Translations under genes and position numbers: made by a program | Notes under the pieces: model-generated | Told to the model about the DNA's origin: nothing | Seen by the model: only the letters and a program-made list of their open reading frames with translations | Databases searched by the model: none | In this document: piece after piece, positions 1 to 10,706 of the stretch | Position numbering within the stretch: the first letter of the stretch is position 1 | Layout of the letters: every line of letters starts with the position of its first letter | Origin: Epithemia pelagica | Taxonomy: Eukaryota; Protista; Bacillariophyta | Direction of reading: 5' to 3' | NCBI GenBank assembly: GCA_946965045.2 | Contig: OX337235.1 | Location: 2,294,001 to 2,358,000 of the forward strand | Length of the DNA: 64,000 bases

Positions 1-235
1 TCTTGCTGGATGACTTTCCATCCTCGTCTCGTTTAGAAGAAGTTCCATCTTCCTTCATACTACTTTTCTTCTTCTTCTTCTTTTTGATTGCATTTGATCC
101 TCCATCAGACGAAGCGCTCGATGCATTCGCCACTAAAAAGGTTGACTCATTTGAGCCATCCGAAACCTCGTCCACCACAAGGGCTTCGACACCACTCCTG
201 GTACTGTCAATGTGCGGACCAATTCTCATTGGCAT
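1..235 (-). CDS. N-terminal part of a hypothetical Lys/Ser-rich protein running off the window edge
   Basis: ATG at 235 on the minus strand opens MPMRIGPHIDSTRSGVEALVVDEVSDG...IKKKKKKKSSMKEDG with no stop before base 1; translated by hand. Confidence 0.5.
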   Translation of the reverse strand, partial: MPMRIGPHIDSTRSGVEALVVDEVSDGSNESTFLVANASSASSDGGSNAIKKKKKKKSSMKEDGTSSKRDEDGKSSSK

Positions 236-853
236 TGTCGATGCAACTCCTCTTGTTTACGTGGGATGAATGAAAGACGAGTTGTTCAAGGCGTGCAAAT
301 GGTGTTAGTGGACGTTCGAATCGGTAATGCAAGAAGAGTGGTAAGGTCAGAGCGGCGAAAGCGATCTCACTCTTGCTCACCTTTGGAGTCCAAGATGCGA
401 AATACTACAGTAAAAATGGAACAACATTTAAAATGTACTCGTAGTAGGCCGTTTTTCAGGTGTAGGGCCCCAAAATGCATTATGGCAGGTTGGGACTTGA
501 CAGTCAGTACGAGTAGAGTCTGAAAAGCCCTAAGTATTGTAAGATATTCTATTGCTCCGTACCAACTAGCAAAAGACACCAGAGACTGCAATTAACCCCC
601 TTAATCGTTAATGAAACCTTTTTCGATATCAGATTTAATGATATCCATATCATATAGATCTAAGCCCCCGTGACTTCAGTCACTTTCAAAAACTATTGCC
701 TTTTCCGGGGGAATTATATGCGACCCAAACTTCACATAAGTCCCTTCAAGGAATCAACGTCAAACAGGATCCAAGTATTCGTGACTCAAAAGATACATGT
801 TCCGTCAGTGTCAACACCGCAAGAGCTACTTTTGATTGGACACCAGTTCGACG

Positions 854-2678
854 ATGATGCCTCCGTTTCACCGTTCAATGGCCACCTTTGTTGCCTTTCT
901 TTTCTTCTGGTCGGTTGCGGTTCAAGCTGAGGGAAGTTTCAGAGCAAGGCGCGCAGGGACCTCGTTGGCAGTTTCCCACACAACGACACTCCCGAAAGAT
1001 ACCGACAAGCCATTCTTGACACGCTACTGCAAAGAAACCAAAAGGTATGTTACAGGAACAGTGAGCTTTCTCTCTTTGATAGATTATTTGCTGACAAATG
1101 TCCCGTTGTATTGTTTGAACTGCTGTCGTTCACTCGATCGTCGATATGTGTTGACAGCCTTCCGTCCATTCCACGCGGTGGAGCTAGTAAAAAAGAGGAA
1201 GAAGGTGATTCATGGGAGCTTTCTGGTAAAAAAGTTTCCGTTGCACTGTTTGCGTTTGCCCTGCAGCAAGTGCTGACCAGGATTATCGATCCTAAGCAAG
1301 CTTCGCTTCCATCCCCTTCGAAAAAAGGACGAGTCATCGATAATGTGGTCGAAGGAACCACGGGGGCTAGTGAAACATCCGACGGAGCTACAATGCCAGA
1401 ACATGTTTTGTAAGTGAACCACAGGATCCTCGTCCTCTAATATGATACGAAACTGACGCAAAATGTGTGTTGAACGAATCCTGCAGCAATATGGTCAAGG
1501 GAATTGTTGGCGTTGGAGTGCTGAGTATTCCATCTGGTATTGCTGCGTTTGGCAATCATAAATCCGCTATTATTCCAGCAGTCACGATTATTGCCTTGAT
1601 CGGAGTATTGTCGGCCATTGGTTTTTCTTGGACGGGAGAAGTTTGTGACGTGTTGGTCCAGGACAAGACGAATGAAATTTCTGCTCCGTCGTACCGCGAA
1701 GCCTGGAGCTACAGTATTTCCGACGAGTCGTCATGGATTCCAGCCGTGTCTACAACGAGTATGACCTTCATTGCCTGTTTGTGTTTCTCGATGGTTCTAG
1801 CGGACAGTTTGACTGATCTTGTGAAACCGATAGTGTCTGCTGCAGGAAGAACTTCAGTGTTATGGACCGTGACTGGAATCATTCTATTGCCTTTGTGTTG
1901 GATGAAAGATCTGAAGAGTTTGGCACCCTTCTCTCTCCTGGGTGTATTGGGTATGGCGTACACCGGGCTAGCCATGGCTGGTCGTTTCTTGCATGGCAGC
2001 TATGAGCTCGGTTCACCATTGCTGCAGCAGATCCCAAGCAATATGCGACCTTCCTTTGGAAAAGACGGATGGAAGTCGGTCTTCAAGCCCAGCAGTATCA
2101 CCCTTGTGTCAATGCTGAGTACTGCCTACATGTGTCATTACAATGCGCCGAAATTTTATAATGAGCTGAAGGACAACACAATTCCTCGTTTCAATACCGC
2201 CGTTGCAGCTGGATTTGCCCTAAGCATTCTCATGACTTGCTTTATTGCATGTGTTGGCTTTGCCACCTTCGGTTCCAACAGCAATGGATTCATTCTCAAC
2301 AACTACGCTCCTAACGATTTGTTCATGAGTCTCAGTCGTGTGGCTGTGGCTCTTTCGCTTACCTTCAGCTACCCTCTTTGCTTTCAAGGATTGCGCGATG
2401 GTGTACTGGATGTCCTGCAAGTCGAAGATCGTTCCCTGTCGAATTTGAATTCCGCGACTGTTGCCCTTTTGTTGGGTTTGACCCTCCTTGCCACACTCCT
2501 CAAGGATGTGAGCACGGTCCTGGCGTTGACAGGTGCTACACTGGGAAATCTATTGTGTTACATCTTCCCGGCGATCATGTACGGACGAGTCAATCCCAAG
2601 GTACGACTTCCAGCCGTGATTCTGGGCACCACTGGAGTTGTTCTTGGAGTCATCGGTATCAAGCTCGCACTTGAATAG
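854..2678 (+). CDS. Amino acid transporter (Aa_trans/SLC38-AAAP family) with N-terminal signal-like extension, 3 exons
   Basis: Motifs FNMVKGIVGVGVLSIP, DLKSLAPFSLLG, AYMCHYNAP and FSYPL, plus many TM segments. GT-AG introns 1045-1157 and 1410-1486 join three ORF-track frames in phase. Start may be 854 or 878. Confidence 0.85.
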
Positions 2679-2977
2679 ATTTAACGTCATTTATCGAAAG
2701 AGTCATTCGTTGGTGTTGATCAGGGTTAGGATGAATGTTCATTGTTCATGGAAGCAGCAGACCCAGGATAGACCTTTATAGCAACAAACTCCTACTCCTA
2801 GAGGAGTTAGAGGTGTTGAACTACAAGAGAATTAGGAGTAGTTTACGAGAGGTGTAGCTTTTTCCACCGTTCGAAGCACGTTCCTTCCTCCAGTCCAACC
2901 AAGAGTCCCCCAGAAATTGTTCGATATGGGGATGTCAACAAAGATGCCGACCTGAACAGGGAGAAAAGACGTCGAAC

Positions 2978-5389
2978 ATGGCTCCTAACAATGCCTTGGC
3001 CGAAAGAAGGAAAGCGGAAACACAAAAGAATCAAGGTAGCACGACAGTGTTGGCCGCTGGCACCGTCGAAGCCCGTGGTACTGGATCGAGTAGTAGTAGT
3101 CATGTGATCGAGGCCGAAATCCAACAATTTTTGGACGGACAGGGAAAGCTTTCAGCGTATGCAGAAACCAGAGCTTTCTTCACCCTTTGGACGTTCCTCA
3201 CGCGGCTTCCTGGTCCTACGTGGACAGACCACCATCCTGGATTTCTTATGCGTGGAGCTGCCTACTTCCCACTGGCTGGATTTCTCATTGGAATGTTTGT
3301 TAGTGTCTTTGCAGATTTCGCTCACGTTGTTCTGGGGCTGCCTTTGATCGTCTCTGTCCTAATGAGTACAGCGGCGAGCTTTTGGGTCACGGGATGCTTC
3401 CACGAAGATGGATTGGCGGATGCGTCGGATGGGATTGGTGGAGGATGGTCGCGAAATCAAATTTTGACCATCATGACAGATACCCGTCTTGGCACCTATG
3501 GTTGTGCAGTATTGCTTTTTTATGTGATGGCCAAAGTTCATTTACTAGCATCTCAAGGTCCATCGTCTTGGGGAGGAATGGTTGGCACTAGTCACGGTGT
3601 CGGCCCGGCCTTACTTGTTACACATGCGGCCGCTCGCAGCGTCGCACCTTATATGATTCGGACCCGTGATTATGTGGATGAAACAGGGCCAAAGTACAAG
3701 TTTTACAAGTTTATGGTACATGCGAAGCATTTGGTGTCTTGGCATCGTGTTGGATTTGCCGTCGGGACCACAGTACTTTTGGGGTTTATTCTGTATGGAC
3801 CCGTTGTAACCCTGTTCCTTTTCTTGTCTCTCTGGTGCTTGGCGCACGCATCTGGAGCCTATGGAGAGTACTTGCTAGGAGGTGTCATGGGAGACTTTTT
3901 GGGTGCAACAATATGTGTTGCTGAGCTTACGTGCTTGACGGTGTTGCGTGTTTCTACTTCTTTGAATCATCCTGGAATCGAGACTTTCATGGGTACACTC
4001 AAGGACTTTACCTCTTCAGCTTCTTGGGGCAACTTTTCGGATCCTTCTCATCCTCTGGGAGTCTTGGCAAGATTTGTGTTGGTGATCACGTTGACGGTGC
4101 TGTGGTCAAGAAATGTCGGTCACCCGAGCGTTGTGGTGCGAGAGACTGTCGCCAAGGCTCAGGACAAAGCATCTGACGAATCAGATGATGGAGAAGTGCG
4201 TGTGGCATTCCAAGAAGAAAGTCAATCGACTCCGGAATCAAAGACATCAGCGAGGTTGAAAGTAAAAGAAGCTCTCTCTCTATCCGGTTCGACTTTTTCG
4301 GACAGATACGAAGCCGCCCGTTCATATTTGGATGGTCTGGCCAAACCAATGGGCTCATTAGGAACTCTTGAAGACTGGGCAGCCAAAGTAGCAGCCCTGC
4401 AGGGTACTACGAAAATTCAAGTCGACCCTGTTGCCTGCCTCATTTTCGCCGCAGATCATGGCGCTGCGAAATCTGTCGAGGATGGTGGATCTGCATGCTC
4501 GGCCTACCCACAGGCAGTGACACAAAGCATCATCAAAGGACTGGAAATGGGAATTGCTGGAGCATCCGCCATATCGAAAGCGAACTCAGTTCGTCTTTTT
4601 GTCGTAGATGTTGGAGTCTGCGGTGCCACCTACAATGGTCCGATTGTACAATCGGCAAAGTCAAAATTGGTTGGTGGTACACGAAACATATGCGTGGAGC
4701 CAGCCATGACAGTGGAAGAGACCAAACAATGTCTAAAAAGTGGGCGTCTCGAATTGGCGAATGTAGTGGCCAAAGGTCAAGCTAAAGTGGTAGTTCTCGG
4801 CGAAGTGGGGATTGGCAACACAACTGCATCCTCTGCTCTGGCTGCACTTTTGACATCTGCCAAGGTGGACAAGCTTTGTGGAGGAGGAGCCACGACAAGT
4901 CGCACTGTGACTAAGGAGAGTGTGAAAAAGAAGATTCAGCTGGTTCGTCGTGCTGTTGAAATGCACTCCACTTCCTGGCTGAGCAAGAAACTGACTGCTT
5001 TGGACGCACTCACTCTCGTTGGTGGAGCTGAAATTGCGGCTTTGGTGGGGGCATTTTTGGAGTGCTCGGATCGCCAGATCCCAGTGTTGTGTGATGGCTT
5101 TATTGTCTCGACGGCTGCAATGGTCGCGGTCATGATGGAGCCCAAAGTCTGTCGAGTTATCTTGCTTTCTTCAACCAGCACGGAACCAGGTTACCAGGTG
5201 GTTGTCGAAAAAATTATGGAAATATCGAAAGTCAACAATATTCCAATGTCGCCACCAGCGCTATCCATGGGTCTTCGAATGGGTGAGGCTACGGCTGGCT
5301 TAGTGGCGGTCCCCTTGCTGCGAAGTGCTGCCGCAATGATAAAGGAAATGGGAACAATTGAAGACATTCTAACGGAAGGTCCGAAGTGA
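2978..5389 (+). CDS. cobS-cobT: Fusion of cobalamin synthase CobS (N-terminal) and nicotinate-nucleotide:DMB phosphoribosyltransferase CobT (C-terminal)
   Basis: CobS motifs HEDGLADASDG, IMTDTRLGTYG and GGVMGDFLGA (~3160-3950). CobT motifs LAKPMGSLG, FAADHG, GEVGIGNTT, GGAEIAALVG, DGFI and LRMGEATA (~4300-5380). One uninterrupted 803-aa ORF. Confidence 0.93.
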   Translation: MAPNNALAERRKAETQKNQGSTTVLAAGTVEARGTGSSSSSHVIEAEIQQFLDGQGKLSAYAETRAFFTLWTFLTRLPGPTWTDHHPGFLMRGAAYFPLAGFLIGMFVSVFADFAHVVLGLPLIVSVLMSTAASFWVTGCFHEDGLADASDGIGGGWSRNQILTIMTDTRLGTYGCAVLLFYVMAKVHLLASQGPSSWGGMVGTSHGVGPALLVTHAAARSVAPYMIRTRDYVDETGPKYKFYKFMVHAKHLVSWHRVGFAVGTTVLLGFILYGPVVTLFLFLSLWCLAHASGAYGEYLLGGVMGDFLGATICVAELTCLTVLRVSTSLNHPGIETFMGTLKDFTSSASWGNFSDPSHPLGVLARFVLVITLTVLWSRNVGHPSVVVRETVAKAQDKASDESDDGEVRVAFQEESQSTPESKTSARLKVKEALSLSGSTFSDRYEAARSYLDGLAKPMGSLGTLEDWAAKVAALQGTTKIQVDPVACLIFAADHGAAKSVEDGGSACSAYPQAVTQSIIKGLEMGIAGASAISKANSVRLFVVDVGVCGATYNGPIVQSAKSKLVGGTRNICVEPAMTVEETKQCLKSGRLELANVVAKGQAKVVVLGEVGIGNTTASSALAALLTSAKVDKLCGGGATTSRTVTKESVKKKIQLVRRAVEMHSTSWLSKKLTALDALTLVGGAEIAALVGAFLECSDRQIPVLCDGFIVSTAAMVAVMMEPKVCRVILLSSTSTEPGYQVVVEKIMEISKVNNIPMSPPALSMGLRMGEATAGLVAVPLLRSAAAMIKEMGTIEDILTEGPK

Positions 5390-5869
5390 CAAGCAAGAGC
5401 GTAGCAAATAACAGCTTCCTGACTCTCTAGAGATACAGCGCAATCAGGCGTTCGAGGAAAGCCTCTTCACCACATATCAAACCGTTTCTTTCCACGACTT
5501 TGGTCAACTTCTGATGAAGTATCCTCCTGCTCCCCTCTACTAGAGCAAGGATTAGGTACTCACATCTCAATCTCACATGCCTTTTCCGATTCATCTATTG
5601 GGGACTGGGGTAGCAGAGGTAGGCGTAGAAGTTTTTCAGCCAGCCAACTTTTTGGTCGTGGTCTCGGAACCGTACGTTTCGACGTAAGTACGTGTTCAGC
5701 TGGTGTGGGAAATTGGGAAAGCGGAAGCAGACAGACGCATGCGAACAACAAAAATTAACATTCATTCCAATCCACAATCCACACACTCGCACGAACGCCG
5801 AGACACAAGGAGAACGAGAACAATACACCAATAAAGTCCACAAAATTCCCTTCTAACACAAGACAGACA

Positions 5870-7291
5870 ATGAAAAATACATTTTTGTTACTGAGACGAG
5901 CATTGGGCAGCAGCACGGCTTCCCGCAATCGCGGAATTGGCAGCTACCATAAGATGAGTTCGATCGCTTCAAGCACATTGCTAGAACGGAAGCTTTCCGT
6001 TGTCCCATCCTTGTCGGCCATTTCAACTTCAACGTCCTCGTCAACGAGTAGTCTGAATTCGACATATTCTCCAGTGGGAATTTCTGGTGCGGGAGATGTT
6101 GGATCAAGATCAAGATCTTACTCAAATACCAGTGCTACAGAACAAGGCATGAAGGACGAGTATGGGGCAATGGATGATTCTGGTGACACTTTTGCCCACG
6201 ATGGCGACTTCGTTCTGGAAAATGGACAAGTAATTGAGAATGCACAGCTGAGGTACCAAACATATGGAGAGCTGAATGCATCTAGGGACAATGTTATCGT
6301 TGTCTGTCATGCGCTCACAGGCAATGCCAGTCTGCATGCTTGGTGGGGTGATTTACTGGGACCAGGCAAGGCTTTTGACACGGACAAATACTTTATCGTA
6401 TGCTGCAATATTTTGGGATCTTGTTATGGATCTTCGGGCCCCCTGTCCACAAATCCCCAAACCAAGGACGCCTACGGTGTTGAGTTTCCTGACATATCGG
6501 TGAAAGACACTGTTCGTCTGCAACTCCTCATGCTCCAAAAGGGTCTGCAAGTCAGCAGTGTAAAATGTGTGATTGGGGGATCCTTTGGTGGTATGCAAGT
6601 AATGGAGTTTGCCGTGCAGGGGGGATCATCGAAGCACGCCGACTTTACGGATGCAACTGGAAGTCCCTTTGTGCGTAGTGTGATACCCATTGCTTGTGGT
6701 TCCTACCACACGGCCTGGCAAATTGCCATTAGCGAATCGCAACGCCAGGCGATATACAAAGACCCACAATGGACAACCAGTCCCATGGAGGCTACTGCTG
6801 GACTGGAAGTGGCACGACAAATTGCCATGATCAGTTACCGGACCTCTCATGGGTATTCGTCCAAATTTGGTCGTCGGAAACAACAGCCCAAGGGTGAAGA
6901 ACAAGCCTCATCTTCACCCGAATATGGATCAGCTGCCCGGTGGCAGGCAAAGTCATATTTGGTTTATCAGGGCCAAAAGTTCTTGAATCGGTTTGATCCA
7001 ATCACGTATGTGAAAATGACGGAACAGATGGACTCTCATGACGTAGCACGTGGCAGGGCCGAATCTGTGGAGCAAGTCTTGAGCGCCATTGAAATTCCGT
7101 CTTTGGTTATGGGCATTGATAGTGATGTATTGTATCCCCTTCATGAACAAGTTCACCTGGCGGATCACATGCCGAATAGCACCCTGAAAGTGATTCGGAG
7201 CGACGAAGGACACGATGGCTTTTTGCTAGAACAAGATCAAGTCGGTGGGCATATTACTGAATTCTTGTCCAGTTTAGACAAGAGTAGCTAA
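5870..7291 (+). CDS. metX: Homoserine O-acetyltransferase (MetX/Met2 family), possible mitochondrial presequence
   Basis: VVCHALTG, GGSFGG nucleophile elbow, RFDP..Y and GHDGFLLE; Arg/Ser-rich N-terminus. Confidence 0.9.
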   Translation: MKNTFLLLRRALGSSTASRNRGIGSYHKMSSIASSTLLERKLSVVPSLSAISTSTSSSTSSLNSTYSPVGISGAGDVGSRSRSYSNTSATEQGMKDEYGAMDDSGDTFAHDGDFVLENGQVIENAQLRYQTYGELNASRDNVIVVCHALTGNASLHAWWGDLLGPGKAFDTDKYFIVCCNILGSCYGSSGPLSTNPQTKDAYGVEFPDISVKDTVRLQLLMLQKGLQVSSVKCVIGGSFGGMQVMEFAVQGGSSKHADFTDATGSPFVRSVIPIACGSYHTAWQIAISESQRQAIYKDPQWTTSPMEATAGLEVARQIAMISYRTSHGYSSKFGRRKQQPKGEEQASSSPEYGSAARWQAKSYLVYQGQKFLNRFDPITYVKMTEQMDSHDVARGRAESVEQVLSAIEIPSLVMGIDSDVLYPLHEQVHLADHMPNSTLKVIRSDEGHDGFLLEQDQVGGHITEFLSSLDKSS

Positions 7292-7826
7292 TTTATAAGC
7301 AGGTTCGAGCGTGTGCCCATGTCATAAAGCACATTCGACAGCATTGTCAACAGGTTGTGGACATTTTTTCAGCGGACTCTGGATCCGTGGTCTTTGCCAG
7401 AGGTCTCCTTTTTCTGTCCAGATGAGAACTGTCTTCTGAATCTCATGTGTGTTGATGGTATGTCGCCGTTCGCCGTGTCCATTGTTGTCCTTTTTTTGAC
7501 CGCGTCGTCCGTTCTCCTAGACTATACCTTCTTGGAGGAGATAAAAGTAAATGTACTCCTATTCGAGATCTATTTCAGCTACCACATACCACATGCACAT
7601 CTCGTACTCTCAAGCGGAGGTGGAGTCATGAGATTCCGTGACTCGCCTCTTTGTGTGAACTGGTATACTCATAACATATCTTAGTCACGAATCTTTTCGG
7701 CTCATCCTCCGCTGGGAAGTAGCACATATCGGACGCCTACCCAGGTAGCTCACGCGCGACCAACATCTTTTGGAGCGACTCCGGGTTCCGGAGTCGTTTG
7801 GTCGAGTTGCGTATCATGAATCATGA

Positions 7827-10418
7827 ATGCCACAATGGCGAGCCTTTGCTCCGCCCTTTACAAGGAAGAACACAACGTGGCTCCTTGCTAGAGGATTCCC
7901 TGTTTCGACTGATAGGCACAAAGTCTTGTATTTTAGAGGACAAGACATCCAGGGCTCCCGAATCTGTCGTAAAAACATGCCAGCGGGGGTGGCAGCGGCG
8001 TCTACCAATGCGATATCTCGTGGTGACCGTCGTCGTGGGTTGCCTGGTCGCTCCTTGAATTCATATTGGACCAAATTGTCGACAGTAACACTGCTACGAC
8101 CTCAAGTTTCGATCGTACGATGGGTGGCTGTTTTCCTGGTGGGTTATTTCGCGGGAACCTTACAAAGCAATCATTACTGCGCTTCTGTCTTGTTCACTCA
8201 GCAACAACCACTTGCATCACAGCAAGAACTCAATAGCCACATTCCTCCAGGAATGAGAACCTCTGTGACAAGAGCAACACGTAAAACTGCAGTGGGTGAT
8301 CCATCTCAACAGCAACGACTTCCTCGTGGCGGAGAGTCACTCCTACAAGGACAGGAATCTGTGTCAGGAATTTGTCAACGACTTCGTGGGTACCCTGCCG
8401 AAATCCAAACCGCACTTTCTGAAAAGCAACAGACTCCATCGGCATTGGATTTATGGTTTCAACATTATGTCGCAATCCACCAGGCATCGCAATTATCGAC
8501 CAATGACTTCCATTACAAATTATCTGATTTTTCGGCGGAATTGTTGCGTTTGATATCGCCGCGATTGCCCAAATCAACCGTGGCCTTGCCTCAAGACTGG
8601 GAGGTCGTCCGACGAATTCTGCACAAACTGGACCTGCGTCTGGACTACTTGATTCAACAACACCGAAATACCTCCCTCTGGGCTTCCAAACAAACTCCCC
8701 CTCCACCACCCGTCCAAATACTTGTCATGGGTGGATCCGTCTTGGTGGGTCGCAACTGTCGCAAACTGCTAAAAGATTTGAATTTGCAATTCCTCTTGCC
8801 GAATCGGGAATGTACCTACAGTTTTCGTTTGCAAGTATTTCTCGATTTGATGACACATGTCTTGCTGCAGCGCTATTCTTCTGCGAGTGATGATTCAAAC
8901 CGCAACAGTTCCCCCTCCATTCCCATTGGCACATCGGCACGCGCATTGGCTCCACAATTGTTTCAAGTTACCAAGATTGCCATGGGTGGGACGAATACAG
9001 CCGTGGGGAGTCAAATTTTTAAGTACGACTTACTCCCAGATGAAGCACGACACGCTGACATTGTCATCAATGGCTATGCTACCAATGATATGCATATATT
9101 GACCATTCTGGAAATGAAAGAGTCTGGAAAAACGTTGAGGCAGGGTGTGTTTGAAATGTTGCAAGACTTTGTACGCAATATGCTACGCACCAACGATGCA
9201 TCGTGCAAAACCAAAACACAGAATCAGAATGATTTTGGGACGCCCCTGTTGATACATTTGGATGATTATTTGGGGAATGAACAACGCGAAATATTGCAGA
9301 CGATGGAGTTGTCGCAGTCCGTATCACTTTTGGCGCAGTACTATGGCTTTGGTGCAATTTCCTACGCCAACCTGGTCCGAGATTGGGTTTACGGCGATAC
9401 ACGCGAATTCTGGTTCTCTCCGGAAGGATGGTGGAATCACCAGGTAGATGAAGAACAACAGCGTCGAAGGCGGCAACCCAGAGGAGACCAAGTGAAACAT
9501 ACCAATACATCAGGGATGGAGCGAGAAATACATCCTGGAATGGGTGCTCATATTGTCAACACATGGATTATTGCCTATAACTTTCTTCACATTGCGTCCA
9601 CTTATTGCTCTTTGGAGCCGTACCTCGATTTGGACGACCACCATCATGACGGCAAGAGAAACAATGATGGCGCTCCTTCGCCGATGGAGTACGATGCCTC
9701 CTCTTGGGCATCTCGTCTTGTTCCATTGAACAAATCAGTGAAACAAGCTCCGGGGCGTCCACATGAGGTACCAAAAAGCTTACCGCCCAAATTGACCGGA
9801 GAGTTGTCCCTGGAACATGTGTCCGAGGAGTGGCAGCGTCAAGATTTACAATCTCGCCCACCCTCCATCACCACTTGTCCGAACGACAATGCAATACATA
9901 CGACGGACCGAAGATGTCCATATTCCTGGGTTGGTGGATTGTCTTTGCAACAAAACAACAAGACTTGGATCAACGAATTCTTCTCTTCGCACACTGTTGC
10001 GGGGAGTCCTACCTGGGAGCTTGTAGAAGAAAACGGCAAGGTTGGCTTTCTCGCAAGTCCTTCCACCCCGGAATGGCAGCTCGAGTTTCCCTTGTTACAA
10101 ACACCAGTGTCGACCGTTACCGTGTTTTATCTCAAGAGTTATGGTGAAAAATGGAAGGACAGTCGCGTACAGGTGACGATTGCGATATCCTCCTCAAGCT
10201 CTGGCCGGCTTTTGGACGGGAACCACGAGGAACCGATCGTAGCCTCTGTGGAATTACTGGGAAGTCATACCAAGAATACGTCAGAAATGTATACACACGA
10301 ATTGCCCTTGAAGGAGTCTCTCTCGATCTCGAGGCATCATGGCGAGAAGCTTCGAGCTGCATTCCGGTTGACAGGTGGTACCACCTTCAAACTACTGGGA
10401 ATGGCCATCTGTCGGTGA
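7827..10418 (+). CDS. Signal-anchored SGNH/GDSL-hydrolase-like protein
   Basis: 863-aa ORF (start 7827 or 7977) with a TM segment (WVAVFLVGYFAG) and SGNH-like blocks ILVMGGSVLVG, MGGTNT, DIVINGYATND and IHPGMGAH. Confidence 0.6.
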   Translation: MPQWRAFAPPFTRKNTTWLLARGFPVSTDRHKVLYFRGQDIQGSRICRKNMPAGVAAASTNAISRGDRRRGLPGRSLNSYWTKLSTVTLLRPQVSIVRWVAVFLVGYFAGTLQSNHYCASVLFTQQQPLASQQELNSHIPPGMRTSVTRATRKTAVGDPSQQQRLPRGGESLLQGQESVSGICQRLRGYPAEIQTALSEKQQTPSALDLWFQHYVAIHQASQLSTNDFHYKLSDFSAELLRLISPRLPKSTVALPQDWEVVRRILHKLDLRLDYLIQQHRNTSLWASKQTPPPPPVQILVMGGSVLVGRNCRKLLKDLNLQFLLPNRECTYSFRLQVFLDLMTHVLLQRYSSASDDSNRNSSPSIPIGTSARALAPQLFQVTKIAMGGTNTAVGSQIFKYDLLPDEARHADIVINGYATNDMHILTILEMKESGKTLRQGVFEMLQDFVRNMLRTNDASCKTKTQNQNDFGTPLLIHLDDYLGNEQREILQTMELSQSVSLLAQYYGFGAISYANLVRDWVYGDTREFWFSPEGWWNHQVDEEQQRRRRQPRGDQVKHTNTSGMEREIHPGMGAHIVNTWIIAYNFLHIASTYCSLEPYLDLDDHHHDGKRNNDGAPSPMEYDASSWASRLVPLNKSVKQAPGRPHEVPKSLPPKLTGELSLEHVSEEWQRQDLQSRPPSITTCPNDNAIHTTDRRCPYSWVGGLSLQQNNKTWINEFFSSHTVAGSPTWELVEENGKVGFLASPSTPEWQLEFPLLQTPVSTVTVFYLKSYGEKWKDSRVQVTIAISSSSSGRLLDGNHEEPIVASVELLGSHTKNTSEMYTHELPLKESLSISRHHGEKLRAAFRLTGGTTFKLLGMAICR

Positions 10419-10706
10419 TGCAGAAACAGAGAACGCACAAGATTTACCCTGTTGTGCATACTGATATACCACCATCAAAATTGACTCTATTCCGCCAAAC
10501 CAACCCCGTCTTGAACACACGAGCGTGCTACGGGTCCAAACAGCATGGCATTGTTCATGTACGCTTCATCGCAAAACACTACAAGTGTGACTATTGTACT
10601 CTATGAGCATGTCTGTTACATCGATACAAGATTGTTTCATCCTTGTTGTCCCTTTATTGCGCACACATAATTCGCTTCCCGCAGCATATACATTCCTGAA
10701 AGAAGC

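Noticed and set aside
5390-5869. Cobalamin riboswitch near cobS-cobT or metX
   Set aside because: No B12-box or conserved core is recognisable, and only TPP riboswitches are established in eukaryotes.
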